From: Octopus vulgaris
Taxonomy: Eukaryota
NCBI GenBank assembly: GCA_951406725.2
Contig: OX597826.1
Coordinates: 33,356,001 to 33,420,000, forward strand
Length of the DNA: 64,000 bases
Reading direction: 5' to 3'
The translations under genes and the position numbers were made by a program. This document shows positions 54,073 through 64,000 of the stretch, in pieces. Positions within the stretch are counted from its first letter, which is position 1, and each line of letters begins with the position of its first letter. Below the pieces are notes generated by a model. That model saw nothing but the letters and a program-made list of their open reading frames with translations, ran no database searches and was not told the origin of the DNA.

Positions 54073-55668
54073 TATTAAAACAAAATATGGATGAGAATCT
54101 TAAGTGGCACTCACTTTGGCCAATAGCTGCCCAATCAACTGTGGCCATCTTGGACTGCTTCCATTTCTCCATTCAGTCACCTATGGCTGAGGAGCTAGAT
54201 ATGTGTGATGAGACTACAAAATATAAAGATTCTCGGAGCTGAAACAAACTGTTATTAAATACTGGCATATATAGTTGTTCAGTAAGTTTTCATAAGCCAG
54301 AAAACAGACAAAAATGTGATGATTTCAGACCTCCAGTAACAAAGAGCTCAACTTATTGAATTATATTCAGCTAAATCCAATGATTGTTACTTAAACACTT
54401 CCATTTTGGAAGGCTCTTCAACATGAAACTATTTTGTAACATAAAACTGTCTCTTATGGGACTACATTTATAATATTATATAAACTAGCAGGACCCACGA
54501 TTATTTCACGGAATTAATGGTAAACTTATTGGGTTACTTCTGAAAAACTTTATCCAAGAAAACCTGAAAGCGTAGCTAGTGTTGTCTTCTACTCATTGAA
54601 AAATGAAAGAAATTGGAATACGATGATTACTTAATGTACTTTATATGTACACTTTACATACTTTATGCACAATTTTATAGACTTTAATACACAGCATAAA
54701 GTAAATATTCACTTTTGTTTTCCCATTTCCTCATAAACAAAAACAACATCGCTATACATATGATACAACCTTTAGTTAAATTGTATACATCTGCCATGTA
54801 AATAAGTATGAATATTTCACAGAATTGCCCTTATGCACATGCATTGATTGGTGATATAAAGAAAACTTTTCTTTACGAAATACACTTTTCGCTATACACT
54901 CCCCACCACAACCACTGCTACCATATTCTCATTTGTCATTAGTGTATGGGAGATCGATAGGTACTTTGTCTTCTGATTAACAATTCACACACACATTGCA
55001 CAATATTTCACATTATTTTTACAATTTTCATTGATTCTTTTTTTTTTTCATTTTATTTCCAAATTATTTCTCTTACATCTCTGCAACATCATCAAATGAC
55101 CGCTGCATACTCAATATAAGTTATTTACATGCATTTAATATAATTATAATTTTATTTGGTAGAAAAGCGGATATTCAAACGAAGAATATAAACTGGAATT
55201 GTATTTCTCATTCCCTAAATTCTTTGAGAAAATAAAACTAAAAAAAAATGATCTTAGAAAATCTGAAGATAATTCTCATAACAGTTTTCAGAACTCTGAT
55301 CCAGAATAATATTTGGGAAGAAGAAGAACTATCTTATCCAAAGGAAATTGGTTCTTAATATGAAACAAAATATATCTTAGAAGAATTTATTCCTTAGTTT
55401 TCTGGAAAAACAAGAAAAACAGTTAGAAATTCAGAAATTCTTTGCATGTATTTTACACTGCCAAGTTTTTAAGGACATGGCATCTTAATTTTATTTGCCT
55501 TTTAATTTCTCTGAATGTATGTATACACACACACACACTCACACACACATATATATACATATATATATGTATGTATATATACATATATATATACATATAT
55601 ATACATACACATATATACATACATGTATATTCATATATATATAATATATATACTCATATATATGTGTG

Positions 55669-55716
<48 letters not shown>

Positions 55717-56379
55717 TGTGAGCACGTGTGTGTGTCTGTGCGTGTATGAGTATGGTTAATATATAATAAAAATGGCTCAGCACACTTCAAAAATGAATTA
55801 TTGGGTGATACTTGCAGTGGTAGTGATGATGGTGGTGGTAATGGTGGAACTAATGGTAGTGCCAATGTAGAAGCGGTGCTGATGGAAGAATATGATACCA
55901 CTGCACTCAACTTAATTGAAACCAAAACTTCAGCAAACATTCAAAACCCTTCGTCTTACAGTGAAAAACCTTCTTTTCTTCCACTACAGCCAACTGACTG
56001 GATTATGAAGCAAAGTTACTTATAACATCCTTGTGTTTATACAGCAAATAAGGGTTTTTTATTGATTCAATATATATCGAATATGTGCAGTATCAAATTG
56101 AAATAGAGTGGTGGTGGTGGTGATGGGACAAAAGTAGGGGAGGGTTCGTTTATCTAAAATTTTCTCAATAGCATATTAAGAGCATTGAATTAGAGCATGT
56201 TAAACAGAATAGAAAACTGTGGCTATTGAAATAGGACTTGGCAAGATTAATGAGCTCATTGGCGATAACTGTTTGTTTTTGAGATTAGCGTCAAGACAAG
56301 AACATCACTAGTGGCTTTGTGTTGATATATTGGTCGTGATTCACTGTTGGAGTTACATGCACAACAGGAAAATGCATGC

Positions 56380-57928
56380 ATATGCATACACGGGTGTACA
56401 TACATGAATACAAAAATGTGCAACATACAAAGGCACACACACTAATATACAAATGCACATACACACAAACACACACACTCACTCACATATGTACAAATGC
56501 ACATACACATAAATGTATGGACACAAATGTACACACACACAAATGTACAAATGCACATACACACACTTACACACAAGTGCATACACACTAATGTACAAAT
56601 GCACACATACACATACACTCACACTCACACACAAGTGTACAAATGCACGTACACACACTTACACACAAATGTTCAAATACACACACACACACACACACAA
56701 ACTAATGCACAAAAGCATACACACACACATACAAATGCACAGACACAAATGTACAAATGCACATACACACACACTCACACATAAATGCACAGACACATAC
56801 ATACACAATTACATAAATGTATGACACACACACACAAATCCATTCAAGCATACACATACATACACATATACAGATGCACGCATGCATACATACAAGAATG
56901 TGTGATACATACACAAATACACAAATTTACAACACATACACACACACATGTAACTATACAAATGCGCATACACAAATACACAAATGTACGATACACCGCA
57001 TACCCAAAACAAGCAAGTCTCTTCATGTATACACACGCATATACAGATGCACAATAATTTGCACATATAGATGCATAATGCTCAACTGCAGTTACAGATA
57101 CACATGCACAGATGTGTGTATGTTTTTGTACATGCATTTACGTGCATCTGTGAATGTATATGTATGCTCATATGCACTTTTGTTTGTGAATGCATGTGTG
57201 TTTGTGTGTGTATGCATGAGTGTTTATACGTGTATATGTGTGTTTGTGAATACATGTGTATGCTTGCATGCATATTTGTAAAGGCATGTGTATGTTTGTG
57301 TAATTGTATAAGATTTCGTGTTTGTCTATGTACGTGTGTGTGAATGTATCTGTTAATTAGTGTGTGTATGTGTGTGTGTGTGTAGTTGTGTTTGAATGCT
57401 TGCATGTATTTGTGAAGATGTGTTTCATCCTCCTCTTCCTCTTCCTCCTCCTCATCATCATTTAACATCTGTTGTCCATGCTGGCATGGGTTGGATGGTT
57501 TGACTAGGCAGGCATGATAAAAGGCTGCACCAGACTCCAGGTTGATTTGGCATGGTTTTCTATGGCTGGATGGCCTTCCTAGCACCAACCACTCAGAGAG
57601 TGTAATGGGTACTACCAGCACGGGTGCTATTTGCATGACACCGGGGTGCATTTACATGACACTAGCATGGGCCAATTTGTGTGACACCAGTATTTGCCAT
57701 AACTGCGATCTTGCTCAGATTGACCGGTCTTCTTCTCAAGCATGACATAATGCCAAAGGTCTTGGTCATTGCTTCCATGAGGCCCAACGTTTGAAAGGAA
57801 CTCAGCTACTTTGCCTCTGTGGGGCTCAATGCTCAAAAAGAATGTCTGTATGTGTAAATACACTTATGAATGTATGTGTGTTTGTATGTATATTTACGTG
57901 TGTATGAGGGCTTCTTTGTGTTTGTGAA

Positions 57929-57965
<37 letters not shown>

Positions 57966-58512
57966 ATGTGAATGTATGAGCATGTTTGTGAAAGTGTGTA
58001 CTGTGTATAAATGTGTTCAATTGTAAATATGTGTAAATAAGCACATGTATGGGTGAGAACTTTTATTAATGTACAAGTGTATGTGTATATATGTGTGTAC
58101 TTTTGAGTCTTTGCATATGTTTCTGTGTGTATGTGAGTCTGACTGCAAATGTGCATGTGTTTGTGTATATGTGTGTGTGAGTTTATTTGTGTTTGCATGC
58201 TTGTATGTGTTTATGAATACATATGTCTGTACATAAATGTTTGTGTACGAATAAAAATACGTTTGTACATATTTCTGTGTGTGTGTCTTGTGTGAAAACG
58301 TGTGTCTGTATGAACATATATGTATGTACATGTGTGTACGTGTGTCTCTATCTATCAATTCACATTTGTGAATGTGAGCACTTGAGAAATAAGGGTGAAT
58401 ACGAAAATGTATGCGAATGATAGTGTGTGTGTATGTATTTATGTATATGTGTGTTTATGTGAGTGTGTATTTATGTATATGTGTGTTTGTGTGTGTATGT
58501 GTATGTGTGTGT
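56380..58512. repeat. Degenerate CA-rich then TG-rich micro/minisatellite field
   Basis: Recurring acacaaatgtacaaatgcacatacacacact; polarity switches near 57100. Confidence 0.8.
57452..57835 (-). mobile_element. Old RTE 3' fragment
   Basis: tttaacatc..ccatgctggcatgggttgg..ccttcctagcaccaaccactc..ccaaaggtcttggtca. Confidence 0.75.
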
Positions 58513-58969
58513 GCCAGTGATCCTTATCAGTGATAACGCAAAGCAGTCCGCATTTGAAAGCTATTAAAAACCAATTGAGACACAAAGTTTATCTTTTATA
58601 ATAATTTCGCTGATAACTACCATTGCAGTTGTTATTTAACCCCAGGTCATTCCTGATCAGGCTCAGGATCCAAAAAGAGATAGTCAAACTATGACCATCC
58701 CATTTTCATTCCCTTTTAATTTCAGATACAGTGTAACTGGGCTACAATTAGAAAAAAGACAATGGTAGGGTGCCACATGAAGAATATCTGGCTTCTATTT
58801 CTAGCATATCGATTGACCACATAAAGGTTCCTTGACAGGGTTGTCATAACTGAAGTATTTGTTAATGGTGTGTTAAGTTTGATAATCTGAGATTAATAGC
58901 AAAACATTACACCACACCATGATTAGAAATTATCATGGAAATCACTAAGTTAAAGATAATTGGTTACAA

Positions 58970-59195
58970 ACAGGTGTAGCTGTGTGGTAAGAAGCTTGCT
59001 TGCCAACCACATGGTTCCAGGTTCAGTCCCACTATGCATGGTGGCATCTGGGACAAACTTCTTCTACCATAGTCCCAGGCTGATAAAATATTTGTGAATG
59101 GATTTGGTTGACAGAAACACGGTTGCTTTGTTTGGCTAAACCTTTCAAGGTGATGCCCCAGCATGGCCACAATCCACTGACTGAAACACGTTAAG
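58970..59195 (+). mobile_element. SINE family 1, internally deleted
   Basis: Head to ~59118 joined to the tail cagcatggccac..gactgaaac. Confidence 0.75.
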
Positions 59196-59454
59196 AATTA
59201 AAAATTGCATAGAATTGACACAGTGCTATACTTTATTTATATATCATTCTATCCTGTTGGATTCGGTATTTTGACTTCTCTTCATCGTAACACGTTCTTT
59301 CTGTTACTGTTTTCATAGAGCGATGAAAAATGGAGGAAAAAGAGAAGAAAATTGAGAAGAAACTTGTGGAAGGTAAGACATAGAATGTGGAATCCAATAC
59401 TTTTTTTGCCAATGATACACCACAAGCAAATCAAAATGCTCAATCACAACTATG

Positions 59455-59620
59455 GAATAATGGTTTCAAATTTTGACACAAGGCCAGCAATTTCAAAGGC
59501 AGGAGTAAGTCAATTACATCCACCCCACTGGTACTTATTCTATTGATCCCCAAAAGGATGAAAAGCAAAGCTGACCTAGGTGGAATTTGAACTCAGAATG
59601 TAAGGACAGTCTGAATGCTA
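59455..59620 (-). mobile_element. Family-2 SINE fragment
   Basis: ctggtacttattctattgatccccaaaaggatgaaaagcaaag..ggaatttgaactcagaatg. Confidence 0.75.
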
Positions 59621-59629
59621 TGAAATATG

Positions 59630-60438
59630 CTGTCTCCATGTGCAGTCTTCCTGTGCCGACAGAGTATCTCAACAGGCATGATAGAGCAACACAATATATA
59701 TATATAATCACTGGGTAACTTGGAAAGATTTGGTCCTGCCCCATAATAAAAACTGGTGGGAACACAAACCACCTCCAGTGCTTGAAAATAACCACATCTC
59801 ACTCCTTTGGAACTTTACTCTTCAAACTGACAGAAAGATAGATGCAAATAGGCCAGAAATTATATTGAAAGACTTCAGACAAAAATCATGCCTCCTCATT
59901 GATATGACTGTCCCAAATGACATAAATGTATCTGTCAAGACCTGCCAAAAACTGAGCAAGTATAAAGATCTTGAAATAAAAATTGGCAAAATGTGGAACC
60001 TCAAGACTAAAACAATACCTGTTGTCATAGGTGCCCTAGGAATGATAGAAAAAGGGGCTGATTGATATCTAGTTCAGATACCAGGAAATCCAAAAAGGAA
60101 GAAATTTTTAAATATAGTACTCATGGGAACTTCCCTTATCCTGCAAAAAATATTGTCTACATAATCCCCAAAATATTTAAATCCGTAAACAGTGTCAAAA
60201 TACTTTTAAGTATACATAACAACAAACACCATTTATTGTCACCTTAATATTAGACTAGCATCTTACTTCTGTTTTCTCACAGGGTATCGTTCCTCTAGAC
60301 CAATACTCTGTGCAAAACCAAATATATGGCATGCAAATCATACTTGAACTTCTAACTTGTCTGTTGAGGTCTCTGGGTGAGACTTGGAGTCAACTTGTAA
60401 AAATTCAAAACAAAAGTCAAACATATATTCATAATAAT

Positions 60439-60523
<85 letters not shown>

Positions 60524-60561
60524 TAATAATGATAAAAATAATAATAATGATGATAATGATG

Positions 60562-60632
<71 letters not shown>
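59630..60632 (+). mobile_element. R4/Dong LINE 3' part (RLE domain, 3' UTR, (TAA)n tail)
   Basis: YLNRHDRA..WWEHKP..LLWNFTLQTDRKIDANRPE..IDMTVP..KLSKYKDLEI..IPVVIGALG; tail at 60431-60632. Confidence 0.9.
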
Positions 60633-60633
<1 letters not shown>

Positions 60634-60639
60634 CTTTCT

Positions 60640-60845
60640 ACCGAAGGCACAAGGCATGACATTTGGAGGGAAGGAGTTCATTAGTTCCATCAACACCAAT
60701 GCTTAGATGGTAGTTTATTACATCATCTAGAACAGAATGAAAGACAAAGTTAACATTGGCAGACTTTGAACTCAGAATGTAAAGCGCCAGAAGATATGAC
60801 GGCAGGCATTTTGTCCAATGCAGTAATGATTCCACCAGCTCACCA
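60640..60845 (-). mobile_element. Family-2 SINE
   Basis: ggcacaaggc..tttgaactcagaatgt..gattccaccagctcacc. Confidence 0.7.
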
Positions 60846-60925
60846 ATAATAGTAATAATAATAATAATAATAATGATGATAATAATAATGAAAATAATAA
60901 TAATATTGTAATAATAATAATAATA

Positions 60926-60966
<41 letters not shown>

Positions 60967-61437
60967 ATGAATCTAATTATAATTTATATATATATTTTTC
61001 TTGCTACCATATTTTCTTTCCTTATATTCAAATTTAATTTTGGCCTCTGCAGACTTATTCAAAGAATTATGTCACTTCCATCTGTGATGAATAAAATCTT
61101 TTATAAGGATATCATTCAAAGACTTTGATTGGCCATGAAAAGCTATGTTTTCAAAGATTTATATTAGAGAGAAAAAAAAAATGATACAGTATGATGTTTT
61201 AAAGGAATATTGCACAGGAAAAAAGAAATTCCACTGAAGTAAGAATTTTGGTATATTCCAAGTCTTAAACATCAAGGAAAGAAATGAGATTATATAAGAA
61301 ATGTCATATAAAGAATTTCTTTTATTTGTGGTTTTTTGAGATTTGTAAAAGCTTTGTGAAGAAATTAAAGCAGCAGAAGAAAATATATTTCACTCAGGGA
61401 CATGTATTTGTCTAAAACATTTGTACAGCTTGTTAGG

Positions 61438-61491
<54 letters not shown>

Positions 61492-61566
61492 AGTCTATCT
61501 GTCTGTTTGTCTATCTGTCTGTCTATCTATTTACCTGTCTATCTATTTACTTGTCTATCTATCTAC

Positions 61567-61642
<76 letters not shown>

Positions 61643-61819
61643 CAAAAATGGGACAAGAACACAAAACATCTGGACTGCTAGGTGATACAAAAAGGGAGAA
61701 CAACACATCCAGACAGACAGTACAAAGAAAACAAGGACTGGTCATTCGAAGTTTTCTTTCTGCAGACAAGCACCAGATTATCCTCAAGTATTTCAGCTGA
61801 TTATTATTATATATATATA

Positions 61820-61985
61820 AAAAAAGCACCCACTACACTCACGGAGTGGTTGGCGTTAGGAAGGGCATCAAGCTGTAGAAACATTGCCAGATAAGACTGG
61901 AGCCTGGTGCAGCCTTCTGGCTTCCCAGATCCCCGGTCGAACCGTCCAACCCATGCTAGCATGGAGAACGGACGTTAAACGATGA

Positions 61986-61990
<5 letters not shown>
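61820..61990 (+). mobile_element. Young RTE 3' tail
   Basis: aaaaagcacccactacactcacggagtggttggcgttaggaagggcatc..ggacgttaaacgatgatga. Confidence 0.9.
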
Positions 61991-62038
<48 letters not shown>

Positions 62039-62057
62039 CATTTACATATACATATAC

Positions 62058-62680
62058 ACAGGCATGGCTGTGTGGTAATAAATTTGTTTTTGGGTTCATT
62101 CCCACTGCATGACATTTTAGGCAAGTGTCTTCTATAGCCTTACACTGACCAAAGCCTTGTGAGTGGATTTGGCAGACGGAGACTGAAAGAAGTCTGTCAT
62201 ATATGTGTGTGTGTGTGCATGTTTGTGTGTCTGTGTTTGTCCCCCCACCATTGCTTGACAACTGATGTTGATGTATTTACATCCCTGTAACTTAGCGGTT
62301 TGGCAAAACAGACTGATAAAATAAGTAGTAGGCTTACAAAGAATAAATCCTGGGGTCGATTCATTTTGACTAAAGGTGGTGCTCCAGCATGGTCACAGTC
62401 AAATGACTGAAACAAGTAAAAGACAAAAAAGAATAAAAGATATATGCATATGAATGTATGTACATTCTTTGACCTTTTATTTGTTTCAGGCATTAGACTG
62501 TGGCCATGCTGGAGCACTGTCTTGAAGAATTTTTGTTTAGTCAAATAAATTGACCTTAACACTTTTTGTAAAGTCTTGTACTTATTTTATCGGTCTTATT
62601 TACCAAACGACGAAGTTAAAAGAATGTAAGCTCAACAAAACCAGTTCAAGCAGTCGTGGGAAACAAATACACACACACAC
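62058..62680. mobile_element. Two family-1 SINEs tail-to-tail (62058-62440 plus; 62470-62680 minus, partial)
   Basis: gctccagcatgg..gactgaaacaag is followed by cttttatttgtttcag..ccatgctggagcac. Confidence 0.85.
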
Positions 62681-62697
62681 ATGCATTTATTTATATG

Positions 62698-62754
<57 letters not shown>

Positions 62755-62786
62755 TTTATTTTAAGCAGCAGAAAATTCAACAAAAT

Positions 62787-62824
62787 CTGTTACTCTGAGT
62801 TTCTCGTTGCCGTTCATCAGACAG
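62787..62824 (-). ncRNA. Minimal type I hammerhead ribozyme
   Basis: CUGU-CUGAUGA-aCG gcaa CGa-GAAA-CUC a GAGU-A-ACAG: stem I CUGU/ACAG, GNRA-capped stem II (first pair A·A), stem III ACUC/GAGU, GUA site. Confidence 0.75.
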
Positions 62825-62830
62825 TTTTTG

Positions 62831-62861
<31 letters not shown>

Positions 62862-63003
62862 AACACACACAGACACACATATGCATACACACACTAAGCA
62901 AAGCAATAACAAAAGCAGCAATGAGTCATGAAAGGTGCCTTTTCATTGACGTTGGATTAGCTAAAAGTAGCAGCCAAATATTCCTGAGATTGGGATGTAA
63001 TTA

Positions 63004-63567
63004 TGAGGGTGAGTCAAAAAGGAATGCCATTTTGTTTAGGACAGGTACAATTACCAACGCAGGAACATGTACCATGCATCAAAATTAAGCTGGTCCTCTG
63101 TGGATCACATCCCTACTTCTCAACATAGTCACCATTTCTCTCAATAGCAATGTTCCACCTTTGAATGAGAGCATGAATCCCTGCCCCGTAAAATTCTGTT
63201 GACTGTTCTTTGAGCCACTTCTTTACTACAGTTTTCACTCCCACATCACTGAAATAATATTTGCCTCTCAAACTCTCATGGGGCCAAAGAAATGATAGTT
63301 TGAAGGTGCTAAATTATTCCAGTGATGAGGAAGTGAAGACTGTAGTGAACAAATGGCTCAAAGGATAGTCAACAGAATTTTACGGGGCAGGGATACATGC
63401 TCTCATTTGAAGGTGCAACATTGCTATCGAGAGAAATGGTGACTATGTTGAGAAGTAGGGATGTGATCCACAGAGGACCAGCTTCATTTTGATGTATGAT
63501 ACATGTTCCTGTGTTGGTAATTATACCTGTCCTAAACAAAATGGCATTACTTTTTGACTCACCCTCA
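63004..63567. mobile_element. Mariner-derived fold-back MITE with ~255-bp arms and TA TSD
   Basis: TA-tgagggtgagtcaaaaag / ctttttgactcaccctca-TA. Each arm encodes the transposase C-terminus SSDEEVKTVVNKWLKG*STEFYGAGIHALI*RCNIAIERNGDYVEK*. Confidence 0.9.
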
Positions 63568-64000
63568 TACTTAAATAAAGAATGCATTAGAAAATATATC
63601 ACTTGATCTAACAGAAAAAAAAATTAAGGATTGCTATGATTGGAATAGCTTAAATCTGCTACTTTAGAGTTGATCTGGTGCTAACAACAAAATCAACAGT
63701 AACAACTTCAATAGCAATACATTTTAATATAATTCATTGAAACATATACTTCAGAAGATGGCATGGTCTGAAATACAAGGAAAACGCCTCAGGTCTAAAA
63801 GCTCTAGTATTTGGGAACATGAGGGAAAGAGAGAAAGAAGGAGAGAGAGAGAGACATAAAGAGAGAGAGAGACATAAAGAGAGAGAGAGAGGGAGAAAGA
63901 AAGAGAGAGAGAGAAAGAAAGAAAGAGAGAGATGTTGCTAAAGGATTATTTGAAGAATCATAGGATACCCTCAACTTGGAACCAATTTTAATGACAGCTG

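Noticed and set aside
54484-54515. Helitron 3' end on the minus strand (CTAG plus weak hairpin)
   Set aside because: The hairpin is imperfect and no 5' end was identified.
55771-56025. Possible host exon (74-aa ORF)
   Set aside because: Partly low complexity, with no recognisable domain and no convincing splice acceptor.
61045-61360. Ancient LINE RT remnant (SLPSVMNKIFYKDIIQRL, KAF-like)
   Set aside because: Suggestive but too decayed to call.

Overview
AT-rich, microsatellite-saturated animal DNA. The SINE, LINE and MITE repertoire is typical of an octopod cephalopod (Octopus); this is inference from repeat recognition, not a database result. No intact host protein-coding gene, rRNA, true tRNA or CRISPR array is visible, and nearly all track ORFs are microsatellite artefacts. 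The window holds decayed mobile elements: RTE LINEs (one with a PHD finger inside the RT and a ~61-bp structured tandem array in the 3' UTR), R4/Dong LINE pieces mostly lodged in (TAA)n tracts, several tRNA-derived SINE families, maT/DD37D, hAT and mariner relics, TTAA MITEs and a Helitron. The most unusual signal is a set of minimal type I hammerhead ribozyme (HHR) motifs plus fold-back palindromes. It includes a composite element present twice: tRNA-like Pol III head, (AAT)n, then HHR, with a hairpin 5' end whose 2-nt centre is flipped between the copies. One copy hosts a Dong LINE in its microsatellite. Coordinates were read by eye and edges are approximate.
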